Shown here: positions 50,030-61,988 of the stretch, piece after piece
Numbering within the stretch: the first letter of the stretch is position 1
How the letters are laid out: each line of letters opens with the position of its first letter
Assembly (NCBI GenBank): GCA_965113315.1
Contig: OZ220364.1
Reading direction: 5' to 3' (one strand)
Source of the DNA: Podarcis vaucheri
Taxonomy: Eukaryota
DNA: 64,000 bases
Translations under genes and position numbers: made by a program
The notes under the pieces: model-generated
Database searches by the model: none
The model's input: the letters and a program-made list of their open reading frames with translations, nothing else
What the model was told of the DNA's origin: nothing

Positions 50030-50368
50030 GTTAACCTGAGGCCCTTCTTCACGTGCCTCTTCCACGAGAGGTCTGGAGGGTGGTAACACATGAATGGGGC
50101 CTTTCTGCCGTGGCTCCCATTTGAGGAATTCTCTCCCCAGGAAGGCTCACCTGGCACCTTCATTACATCTCTTTAGATGCCAGGCAAACACATTCCTCTT
50201 CCCCAAGGCCATTGGCTGATTTTACAATCTATGGCCTCTTAAACGTGTTGGGGTGGAGTATTGTTTTTCAGTTATTTTGTTATGTATTGTGTGTTTTTAG
50301 GTTGTAACTCCCCCTGTGATCTTCAGATGAAGGGCGGTATATAAATCTAAATGATGATGATGATGATG
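50030..50368 (+). mobile_element. Degenerate L2 3' fragment
   Basis: ggggcctttct-gccgtggctccc remnant; gatgaagggcggtatataaat plus (GAT)n tail. Confidence 0.6.
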
Positions 50369-50536
50369 TTAACAATCCCTCCTGGCCTGCTGCTTGAGCC
50401 ACATGGCTATATATTGTAGTGCTGGCCCTGAACGCTATCAGTCATGATGGCGAAATATGGCTTGGTCAAATGGCCTGGCAATCCTAATAAGGTCAGTGGA
50501 ATGGAAGTTCCCAACACTTGCTATAGTTATCTAGTA

Positions 50537-50761
50537 CAGTGGTACCTCGGTTACAGACGCTTTGGGTTACAAACTCCGCTAACCAGGAAGTGGTTGCTTC
50601 AGGTTAAGAACTTTGCCCCAGGATAAGAACTGAAATCGTGTGCCGGTGGCGCAGCAACAGCAGGAGACCCCATTAGCGAAAGCACGCCTCAGGTTAAGAA
50701 CCGTTTCAGGTTAAGAACGGACCTCTGGAACGAATTAAGTTTTTAACCCGAGGTACCACTG
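50537..50761 (+). mobile_element. Tc1/mariner MITE family D
   Basis: TIRs and TA TSD. Confidence 0.9.
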
Positions 50762-53080
50762 TATTGAACTTTTTATTATTGTGAAGGCTCAGGGGTAAAC
50801 TAGCAAATATACGCAGTGACCACTAGAAGCAGAAAATAGGTGGAAGTCCTACCTATCCCGTAGTAACTAGTTTTCTATTCAACTTGCAGAATACTAATTT
50901 AAAATAGTTTTTCCTCTCTTTAAATCCAAGTGTACAACGAAGGCAATAACATAATCTGAATACTATACATATCTATTCATATATAAGTTCCACTGAGTAT
51001 GTGTAGGATTTTAGTCTTTTTGTCAAATGGTGTGTTCTGCCCTAGTTGCAGTAATTCTTGTTCTTGACCTAAAAATCAAGAAAAAGAGTGGTTAATTAAA
51101 AAAAATCATACAGAAGGCATAAGGTATATGAAAGAAGGCTTTGCCTGTGGTAATGGAATAGTGTGGAAAAGCTGTGTCTGCTATTTGCTCTGCAATAGCA
51201 CACTGAGATTTTTCTAGAGCAAGTTATTTGCGGCTTGTAGCCTCAATCTTGGCATAATACGGAAATGTAAAACAAAGAGTGCTGTAATGGGAAATAAAGA
51301 AATTTGTACAGGATGTTATAATTTGCAGCATATTAGCAATTAGATTATTAGGTCCCTGTAAAAGAGGACCCATCAGCATATTTGTAAAAATGCTTTATAG
51401 AAAACCTCTTTGCTTAAACAAAACTCTGTGCATAAATATAACTTGTTTTGGAAAAAAACAGTCTTTTGGCACTTCATTGCATGAAATGCTGTCCTGAGTT
51501 TTAGGTATTTATATACATGGCTGGGTGGGGGAATCGTAAACAGTGAAGCTGAAATGAAATGTATCAACAAACATACTTTTTTGCCTTTAATTTCCTTCTG
51601 GCTTTACTGTTTACTGTTTCCCTCCTCAACCATGTATGTATGTATAGGCTCACAGGCCCTAAAGGAAGAAACCAGACCAAATAGCACTTCTATTGTACAA
51701 CTTATTTAGGTTGCAGTTCTTTATTGGGATTCTGTAACTGTTGGGAATATGTGAGTGTGGGTGATTGTGTGCAGGTGCAGAATGCCTAAGGCACAGGCAT
51801 GTTAGTAGATGTTAATACTGAGTATTAGTGTATTGAGTAGAAATCTCTGTTATGGAATATGATGTTTTATATATTGTAACCATGGATTTTGATGATTAGC
51901 ATATTGCCTTTAGTTTTTTGCCTTTTCTGTAAATTGCTTTGTGATCTTTTCTGAAGAAAAGTGGTGTATAAATACTTAAAATAAAATAAACAAATAGTAT
52001 TTATATACACACATTGTTATGCATATATGGTGTTTAAAAAATTGTATCTGTATTTTTAATGAAGATTTTAGATTTTTTTGTGGGGGGGGGTGTGTAACCC
52101 ACTTAGAGGTTTCAGCCAATTACGGTAAGTAGCATACAAGTTCTATTAAATATATCACACCTACAACTCAGGATAACATTTGTGCATTTGATGAAGCAAA
52201 AGCTTTTGTCATAATTAATAAGTTAGTTCTTACAGTATCACACAACTGCAAGAGACTAATATGCCGGCCTCCTCTGGAAATGGTTGCTTTGGATAATATT
52301 GCTGGAAGAAAAGGCCAGTTGCTTACAGCCTATAATTGTGCTTCTGTAACATCTTTTAAAAACTCTGTTTTGCTTATGCTGTAAACCAAATAGTAAATAC
52401 TCTGGTTCTTGTGAGTTTCTTGATAGTTTGAAAGATTCACAGTTATTAGTTTATGTTGCTCCACAATGCAATGATGACTTTGAAATTTACTTTATTGATT
52501 TACATAGTACTCTGTTGGTCCATCTAGCTCTGAAGGAGCTATGTCTTGACAAGCAAAGATCACTCCCATCCCTTCCTCTTTAGTTTCTTTTAAGTGGAGA
52601 TAGAATTTAACTTGGAAACTTATGCATGCATATTTATTATGCACAATGTAAAACTACTTTTATGTGCCCCTAAAACAAATAGACACAGTTACAATTAAAG
52701 AAAATCCTACTGTAATTACACTGACTGACTCTCCCATAAACATTCTTCGTAAAAGGTCAGCAAAGCCACTTCCACTTTGTATGTATATTTCCAAGAGAAA
52801 GTTCAAAGACCCGTGCTGTCACTCTCTTCCAAGAATTTCCAGGAGCTCTTTTAGATAAGCCTAGGCTACATGGATGTGCTGATTCATATGTCACTTTGGA
52901 GAAAGAGAGAAAATCAGTGAAGGCAATCTGCAGCTTCCAGGATACTTGATTAAAGCCCAAAGGAATGACAGTCTTTGCCAAATATTTATATTGCAATACC
53001 CTCAGCCTGTGCTGGTTAAATAGTATGAATTCCTTTGTATATTAGAAAGGGACACTTATAAGTAATTGAGTGTTCCATTA

Positions 53081-53321
53081 CAGTGGTACCTCGGGTTACA
53101 TACGCCTCAGGTTACATACGCTTCAGGTTACAGACTCCGCTAACCCAGAAATAATACCTCAGGTTAAGAACTTAATTTGTTCTGGAGGTCCGTTCTTAAC
53201 CTGAAACTGTTCTTAACCTGAAGCACCACTTTAGCTAATAAGGCCTCCCGCTGCTGCCACGCAGCCGCAACGTGATTTCTGTTCTCATCCTGAAACAAAG
53301 TTCTTAACCTGAGGTACTACT
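53081..53321. mobile_element. Tc1/mariner MITE family D, internally inverted copy
   Basis: Forward to ~53172, then the reverse complement of the element's right part. Confidence 0.85.
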
Positions 53322-54419
53322 AACATGAGCCTCTGATATTGGTAGGCATTCTGAAGCCTCCAGATTGGCCAGGCCTGGTCTAAAGACTAGGATCTTAGGC
53401 TTCTGCCTTGTCCTGCTTAGCAGAACAGAACCTTCTTGCTGTAGCTCCAGTGCCAAGCCACTGGCAATGGGAATGTAAAAATGAACAAAGCTTCCAGGCT
53501 CTGGTTATGTCTACACATAGCCCCAATCTGGCTTTGTCAAAAACAATATTCATGATTTTGGAGGGGCAAGAGAAGAAATCCACACCAATCATGTTGATAA
53601 TGTTCAATCCCAGTGGCTTTTCTGTTTGCGCCAACATATTTCAAACCCAGAACAACTTCCCTGTAGTCCTTTGCTATGCACAACCTCAAACTGAACTCGC
53701 CAAGTGGATGCTTAGAGTGACAGGCATACTCTATGGATTTTAGCAGCACAGCAACCTATTGTAGCAATCCCTAAGGAAGAAATATTTGCTGTTAGTAGCT
53801 AGCTTAAGGGTTGTTTTTGTCCCCGATTTGGTTATTTCTGCAGACTGGGTTTTTCTTTACAATCCCATCCCCTTATTGCTATTTGGTGACCATTGCAAAG
53901 GAGGCCAAGAGCAAATGAATACAGGATAGACACAAATGCTAGCCTTAAATGTATTGAGTAGGAGCATTACTCTGAGTAAGTCACTACTGGCTGTGAATGT
54001 AGCATCTGTGGAGTGTTCTCATTTTTGCCACGTTGCATCTCTCACTCTGCCTAGAGCCTTTTGTGCCTTACATTGGCCCAGTTCCCGAACAGCTTCTTCA
54101 AATGCCCAAAGACTTTGAGCTCATTCATTTCATCTCCACAGCTCCTCTTGCTAAATCCCAGAGCTTCAGTGTCTTGCTTGATTGATGAAGGCAGACAGCT
54201 TTCTTTGGCTTGTATAATCAGGAGAAGCCACTGAATACTCTCCACAAATGTGCATTTCTTTTATGGATTTCTTCCTCTCCATTTTTAATTTGGGGTAAAT
54301 TCATCCCAGAGGTGAGATTATAACTTTATTCCCGCCCACAAAAAATACTCCACGAGTTAATGAACTGAAACACAGTAGTAGTGTTTCCATGAAAATGATT
54401 CATTTAAATGTATCTAAGA

Positions 54420-54555
54420 CAGGCATAGGAAAACTCCGGCCCTCCAGATGTTTGGGACTACAATTCCCATCATCCCTAGCTAACAGGACCAGTAGTCAGG
54501 GATGGTGGGAATTGTAGTCCCAAACATCTGGAGGGCTGGAGTTGGCCTATATCTG
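54420..54555. mobile_element. Palindromic hAT MITE, 136 bp
   Basis: ccctccagatgtttgggactacaattcccatcatccct / agggatggtgggaattgtagtcccaaacatctggaggg; TSD atctaaga/atctaaaa; decayed relatives near 9680, 14330, 27200, 42130, 59730. Confidence 0.88.
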
Positions 54556-56789
54556 ATCTAAAACAATAAACCCATCAATCTCCTCTAAGGTATCTTCTTC
54601 CCTCTTTGGACACCTCTTCCCTGAAGTCCATGAAGCTGCAATGATAGCCCACTACTTGATCTATCTCTGCACCAGGAATGAGGAAAACATCTCAGCTTAA
54701 AGGAAGCGTTCCCTCATGGGCAAGCTTTGGAGCAGTGGGTGAGGCCAGAGGCAAAAAGTGGGCAAGACAACAGACGTGGTCTCTGTGCAGTAGGTTACAA
54801 TCTATACAGATGGTCAGTGGTTTCTACACTCACATTTCCACCCTCCATCCAGACAAGAAAGTGGCATTATTCAGGGACACATTTCATTCAGGCAAAAGTA
54901 CTGAGGAGGGTATTGCAGGGCCAGTAAGGAGGGTATTGCAGGGTAGATGAGGTAGGAAGTCTGGTGTGGGAAGAATCCCAAAGGCTTGACAGAGAGACCT
55001 GGAGGGCCACATTTGATCTCCAGTCATGAGATTTCCCAGCCTTACAATACCTTCCAGGGACTGCCAATGCAGCACCCATGCACAACAGTACCTCCTATGG
55101 CACCTGCAAAAGCCCTCAATAAATATCCACTCAAAAATCCACAATGCACAAGAAACAGATTGGTCTTCCTGTTTCCACTGACATGGCCTCTCCCATATTG
55201 AACACACCCCTTAACAAGACCAGGTTTCATTGGATGCCAGGCCTGGGCACCTACCCTCTTTCCATTATGAACAGAGGAGAGGGACAAAGAGCTTCTTTAG
55301 GAGAGTGTGGTGGTAGAAGATGAAGGAGACTTTTCCCATTGGTGGGGAAGGGGCTGAGGGTGGCATGCTCCCATCACTCTGTGGTCCTTTTTCCGCTCTC
55401 TTGGATGTGGCAGCCATTTTGTGTTGTGTCATGATCCACAGCAGCCCTTGTGTGTTAATGTTACTCTCCCACAGCCATCGTTTCATATTATGCCACACAC
55501 CCCACAGCATCCATGTTATTGATACCCACAGCACTTTTCCAAAATTCCAAATGTGCCAACAAAGGTTGGCAGCTCCTACTAACTATACACCATATCCTAG
55601 GAGAACTTGTTAATTCATGCTAATTCTCCTGCTGCTTTATGCTGATGGCTTTAAACAATAATGATTCTACTTTTATTCACCCTCTCCTCCTCCTTAAAAA
55701 ATAAATAAATCTGTGCCTCACATTGTCAGTACTTGGCCATGTTTTCCTGTTCCTGGTGACATGTGGCAAAGCAGATATGTGGAATAAAGAATTATCCAAG
55801 GGTAAGTGGTGGAAATGTTGTCAATTTGGATAAGTAGCAGTTTAGGAAAAGGGGCTTGGGTGGGGCCTCTTCTCTGATGAATCTCTCCAGCACCTGAAAC
55901 AAAAGCAGTAGGAAAGGTTTTGGCTTAAAATAAAAAATAAAAATCTGAGATTCAGTTCACAGCATTTAGAACATCTGTTTTTCCTGACATGCAACATGTT
56001 CTGTTTTAGAATATAAAGAACTTAAACATATTTTCATCTGTTCCTACTTTGTCCAGCAGCCGTTGTTTCTCAAAACAAACTTCTGCCAATATCTAGGTTC
56101 ATTTGATGGCCAAAAGTATGTCTCTCTGTAGGCTTTCTTTTGCATGTCTCTTCTTTCAAGTGCAAAGCATTAAAAAATAAACTCCAAATGCTGAACATAC
56201 GATTCTCCTCCATCCCAGAGGCTGAGATACTTAGAAGTTTGCTTTTAGAAACAAACTGTCAAACAATGAAAGTGGGATCAGCTTTGTTTTTCATGCCTTT
56301 GATGGAAATAAATGGTTTGCATCCTGGTATTTAAAGCCTCATTGTTCCCTGTAAAAACCCTCCAGTTTATGCTAGCCTAAATAAAATATTTACTTATTTT
56401 ACGCTTAATATTTTTCCTTAATGTAAGACAGAGTCACTTTCTGAGCATAACAGACAGTTTCTACTCCAGGGCTTTGCATGGGACAAGCAGATGCTAATTT
56501 GAGGAGAGAGGTGAATACAAATTTTGGGTTGGAAGGGAAGCAGATCATGAAACTTGTATTGGGGAAAAAAACCAACAACTTGGAAATTGTGTGGATAAGA
56601 TCCCTTGTCTTAATGAGATGGATTCTGCTGTTTCATACACAACACATTTCTCCTGGTGAAGGGTCAGGGTGGAGGTACTCTAACTGATCATCAGTAGAGC
56701 ACATGGTTCAGTTCCTAGCATCTCCATCTAAAAAGGATGGTGATAAGAAATATTTCTGACCTGGAGAGCTCCAGCCTATACTGAGCTAA

Positions 56790-56943
56790 ATCATAGAATT
56801 ATGGAATCATAGAGTTGGAAGGGACCCTGAGAATCATCTAGTCCAACCCTCTGCAATGCAGGAATATGCAGATTTCCCTTACGGGGATGGAACCTGCAGC
56901 CTTGGTGTTATCAGCACCACGCTCTAACCAACTGAGCTACCCA
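56790..56943 (-). mobile_element. tRNA-Ile-derived SINE with CR1 tail (POM/Squam2-like)
   Basis: Minus strand reads tagctcagttggttagagcgtggtgctgataacaccaagg...ggttccatccccgta, then ggactagatga...cccttccaactctatgatt. Confidence 0.8.
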
Positions 56944-57964
56944 TTTGACCAAATGGACAAATACTGAGTGAGATGGATCTGGCAGAAGGCAGAGCCATAT
57001 GCTTCTGACACATTACTGCAGCTGTAGCATTACATGAAGAAACATCCTGTAGCAGCCTTGCTGAAGGTCTGGGTCACTGAGAAGACAGGAGACCAGCTGG
57101 GAATCTTGTGCATGTCATCTTAAGTTCCATGGAAGAAAGGCAGGATATAAACATAATCACAAGTATTTATTATTTCAAACATTCATATCTGCCTTCCCAT
57201 CTTTTAGTGCCCAAGATGGCTTATTTAAGATCAGACGATTATTTTTAGAAATCAGCTAATACATGGAAATATGGAAACAAAAACCCAACCATATGCCCAA
57301 ACACATCAAAAACTAAGTCTGAGAAGCAGAGCAACGAACACTGAGCAGCCATCAGGAAAATGCCTTGATGTGTAAAAGATGGCACTGACTCAGTTTTTCT
57401 GCCATGGGTGTTCCAAAGACTGGGCACTGCAAATGCAAGGGTCCTTCACCACCTACTTTGCCTCTGAAATGGGAGGACTTGGAGCAGGGCTTGCACTGAT
57501 TACTTCAGTGGATAAGCAATTTCATATAGAAGGAGGCAGGTCTTCAGAAATGCCAGCCGTAAACCTAAATCCCAGTCTGGCCACTGAAGGTCGTAACCTA
57601 GCTATGTTAGAAGGTCATAGCACTAGCTATGTTAGTGGTGCTACACAATTTCTAGTGAGAACTTGTAAAGCAAACAAGGAAGTCTTCTAATAGACCTCTG
57701 GGAAGACATTTTCATTCTGTTTGCTGGGGTTTTTTTACTAGTTGACTTCTTGAAGTTACTAATAGGCTTATTTGCACCCTTGTGTGGTGGCAACCATTGG
57801 AGATAACACTGCTGGCAGGAGTGTCTCCTCTGCTGTACTTAAAATGGGTGCAACATAGGCCTCCACAGTGGTGGTACAGCCCCCTGATCATTCATGCAGT
57901 CACTGCGTGGTATTGCTTTCCTCAAGCATGAAATGAATGCAAATGCAACAAGCTATTTATATAC

Positions 57965-58042
57965 AGTACAATAATAAAAATAACTATAATTTCTTAGGAA
58001 TGTAGTACAATAATAAAAATAACTATAATTTCTTAGGAATGT
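57965..58042. repeat. Perfect 39-bp tandem duplication
   Basis: agtacaataataaaaataactataatttcttaggaatgt x2. Confidence 0.95.
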
Positions 58043-59066
58043 AATATTGGCTCTGAAGAAGCATATGCTAACCTAAGATTAAAGCTCATTGCTTTAACCT
58101 GGTGATCCACGACCAGCTGGGATCAAGACACTGAAATGCCCTTGAATTCTTTGCCAAGTTAAGCCTTTAAGTGACAAAATAAATATATTTGCTTGGGTGG
58201 ACCACGACAGAATTGCTGCCATTGCTTGGAGAAATGAGTCGTGCATCAGATTAACCGCTGGCAGACTCTTTACAAAAGGCCAAACAGATTCTGGAGACTG
58301 CCTGTGTTTGGTCGCTTCATAAAGCTCTTTCTTTGGTGAATCCCATTGGTGCAGAGCATAGGATCAGGATTCAAATCACTTTCCCAATGTAGCAGTGGAA
58401 GTATCTTGCTTTGAAGATGCAACATGAAGCCACAACAGTGCAGCACATCCTGTTTTGGCTATGTGGGACAACCATTGAAAGGTGGACATGAGAAGTAGTG
58501 CAGGAGACATAGCAATGTAAAGAAAACCTCTGCTCACTTTCAGCCTTAACAATGCTGAGTTATTGTTAACATTATTCCTAACTGTGCAAAATGCCGAGGG
58601 CTGCCCTTCTGCCAGGCCTACTTTCTTAGAAGAGGAAATATATAATTACAGTGTCCTTCCCATTGTAATTTCCCTTTATTGCATTTTCAATAGATGATCT
58701 ATGGTGCTAGCTATATATCAGCTATGCCAATCGGGTTATTCCCTCATTACTTGTCTTCTGTGTACAATTAGGAAAGGGTGCTGTCTCCAGATCCACCAGA
58801 AAACCATTTTAATATCATTTCGCACTGATGTGGTGGTAGCAGAGAAAAGAGGAATTTCCTCCTAAGGACTTGACTTTCAGATGGTTGGTTTGGGATGGAT
58901 AAGGAGTATGTATGTGTGTGTGCGGGCAGACAGTTATTTCCTTGGTATTATTCCTTATTTCATTTGTGTTATCTCCCTTCCTCCAAGGAGTTCATATTTT
59001 CTAGATAATTGTGAAATGATGAGACAAAAATCATGGTGTGGCAGTTAGAGCAGTTTTTTCTAACTA

Positions 59067-59721
59067 CAGTGGTACCTTGGGTTGCAGACGCTTCAGGTTA
59101 CAGATGCTTCAGGTTACAGACTCCGCTAACCCAGAAATAGTACCTCGGGTTAAGAACTTTGCTTCAGGATGAGAACAGAAATCGCATGGTGGCAGCTGGA
59201 GGCCCCATTAGCTAAAGTGGTACCTCAGGTTAAGAACAGTTTCAGGTTAAGAACGGACCTCCGGAAATGGAAACAAGAGGAAATACCGACGATATAAGAA
59301 TGGAGAATGAAACTGACAGACTATGCGGAATTGGATAAATTAACTGGGAAAATCAGATATGTGCGAGACCAAAAGTTCATCGAAGACTGGGGAAAGTTTG
59401 TAGAATATCTGAAAAATGTATGTGATGTACAAACAACGCTATTGGGGTTTCAAGAGGCACTGTAAAAGTTGAGATGTATTGTTAAAAAGAAATAGAAGGG
59501 GGAGGGAAGACAAATGGCAATACAAATGAAGGGAATGCGCACTGAAGAGATAAATACGAATGATTGCCAGGGAAGCTGAAGGAAGTCCAAAAAGAGATAA
59601 TTTGTTAAAATTTGGATAAAAATGTACAACTGCATTGGAAAATTAATAAAAAATTATTATTATTTTTTAAAAAAGAACGGACCTCCGGAACGAATTAAGT
59701 ACTTAACCCAAGGTACCACTG
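59067..59721 (+). mobile_element. Tc1/mariner MITE family D interrupted by L1
   Basis: Left part 59067-59266, right part 59673-59721; TA TSD. Confidence 0.9.
59267..59672 (+). mobile_element. 5'-truncated L1 LINE (ORF2 C-terminus + 3'UTR)
   Basis: KWKQEEIPTI*EWRMKLTDYAELDKLT...EDWGKFVEYLK...QEAL*; AATAAA and A-rich end; 18-bp TSD AAGAACGGACCTCCGGAA. Confidence 0.88.
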
Positions 59722-60455
59722 TAGTGCACTCCAGCTATGCTGGCTGGGATTGATGGAAGTTCTGGTCCAAAACAGCTGGAAGGCTCAGGTTGGAGAAGCC
59801 TAAGATACAGCAATGGCCTAGGGCTGTGAAGACTGAAGTTCAAATCCCTGATCAGGCATGAAGCTTACTAAGTGACTCTGGGACAGTCCTGAACTCTCAA
59901 TCTAACCCACTTCTCGGTGGAGAACCACATGCAACATCCTAAACTTCTTGGGACACAAATGCACTTCATCCCCTAAAATGGTGTGAAGTGCTGAGCAAAA
60001 GTGTCTGGAAAACAAATACTGAGCAGCACTGTTTACCTGATGTTAGCTTTCTTCTTCTTCTTTGGGAACAAAGATAAAGTGCAGCTGGTATAAGACAGGA
60101 TGTAACTGACTTAAAGACAAACATTAAGAGGAATGTTGTGGTCATGGCCCTGAAAGCAGCTGTTTGTGTGTAATCACCAAAATATTTTATTCTCCAAGCA
60201 CCTAAATCATTTGACCCACATGAGACAATCCAGAAACATAAAGACTCAGGGATGGGGGAAATTGTCCCTCCGTGTCTATAAATAACTCTCATGCCCAATG
60301 TAAAATAGAGCAAGAATAAAAACTAGATTTATTATACCACAGTGCTCCATTTGGTTTCAACTGAGGTGACCCACATCTGAGGGAGGGATGCTACTAATAA
60401 TTTTTTTAAAATCACTGCACCGTATTGAAATATCAGCTGAGATCTACGCTACTGA

Positions 60456-60633
60456 GGATGGACTATAGTTCAGTGGTAGAGCAAGTGCTTTGCATGCAGA
60501 AAATCCTAAAGTCCAAACTCTGGCATCTCCCGTTAGAGGATTTCAAACAGCAGGGCTGAGAAAGGCCTCTGTGAGTCAGAGTTGACAGCACTAGGCTAAA
60601 GCTAGTGGGTAGGAGGTAGATCATGGCACCTTC
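60456..60633 (+). mobile_element. Squam3-like SINE (degenerate)
   Basis: tagttcagtggtagagcaagtgctttgcatgcagaa head. Confidence 0.7.
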
Positions 60634-61231
60634 CCTCTGCTGGGATGTGCGTGCAAAAAATGCTGGCATAGTTGGAGATAAACTGATAATGCAAAACCCT
60701 TTTCAAGTTCTTAAGCAAGAATGCAAAGTCAGAATCACTTAACACAACTCAGTTATGTCTTATATGTTAAGACAAGCTGAATGTGCATTCTTTGTAAAGT
60801 TAAAAATGCATCAGTGGACACGAAGCAGTTATCCCTCACCACCTCGCCTTACAATGACCCTGGGCATTCCTACTGGGCATCAGTGGGTTGCTTATTGCTG
60901 CAGCTTGAAGAGGAATCAATGTTTTTTTGTTAAAAATTTAAAGCATCAGTGAAGAAACTTTTTCAGCACGAGGACCAGATTCCCTTCTGGGCCACCTTTT
61001 GAGAGTGATGTAAATTTTACCTTTGTGCAGGTTAGTCTGCACACACTAATGTATACTGCTGTCTCCCATCTAGACAAACAAGAGTTTGCCAAAGTTCAAG
61101 GGCACATTGCAGCCAGCCAAAAACGCTTGTGCAAAGGAAGGGCAGTGAGGGGTGTGGTCTGGGGAGAGTTCCATGGGCCAGAGAGAGAATCCTGGAGGGC
61201 CACATTTGGGCCTGAAGTTCCCCACCTGTCT

Positions 61232-61740
61232 TAAACTATGGGAGAGTACACCTTCAGGGGTGAAGTCAAACCGCTGGAGAGTTACAGCGCCTGCTGTGGC
61301 TGTAGAGACTGATGAGGGAGAGACGTGTTTTGTTGCAGCTGGGGCAGATAAAGGCGTCCAGTTGTGCTGTTGCAGATGCACCATGGCATTTCTTCTCTCT
61401 GTACTCTTCCCAGCGGTCATTCCTCCTCTGGTCACTGCAAGCACTTGTTTGTCTGCAAGTGCTGCAGTTGACTGCAAGGGACTCCCACATGGTGGGGTTA
61501 ATGTTGCCAGCTTTCATGTCACGCTTGCAGACATCTTTGCAATGCAGAGTTGGTCTGCCAACGGGCCTGGTGCCTGAAGCTGGCTCCCCGTAGATTACAC
61601 CCTTGGGTATCCTGCCATCTTCCATTCTGTGGAGATGGAGTAGACGTCACTGAGACAGGAGTGTGAACATGCTGGGAACATGTGGGATTGGGAGAGCACA
61701 TCTCTGCTTGAGACTCTGTACTGCTAACTGATGCCCAAGG
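61232..61740 (-). mobile_element. RTE-clade LINE 3' fragment
   Basis: ORF 61266..61625: MEDGRIPKGVIYGE...GRP..CKDVCKRDMK and a degenerate C2H2 FICPSCNK...LYSHSRRC. Confidence 0.85.
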
Positions 61741-61762
61741 CTGCCTTCTACTAATCCATTTA

Positions 61763-61988
61763 CAGTGGTACTTCGGGTTAAGTACTTAATTCGTTCTGGA
61801 GGTCCGTTCTTAACCTGAAACTATTCTTAACCTGAGGTACCACTTTAGCTAATGGGGCCTCCCGCTGCCGCCACGCTGCTGGAGCACGATTTCTGTTCTC
61901 ATCCTGAAGCAAAATTCTTAACCCGAGGTACTATTTCTGGGTTAGCGGAGTCTGTAACCTGAAGCGTATGTAACCCGAGGTACCCCTG
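61763..61988 (-). mobile_element. Tc1/mariner MITE family D
   Basis: Reverse copy with TA TSD. Confidence 0.9.

Noticed and set aside
61070-61701. Cluster of overlapping ORFs
   Set aside because: Explained by a decayed RTE LINE fragment
40464-61988. Recurrent aggttaagaac motifs suggesting a CRISPR-like array
   Set aside because: Internal repeats of dispersed MITEs in a eukaryotic genome; no regular repeat-spacer structure
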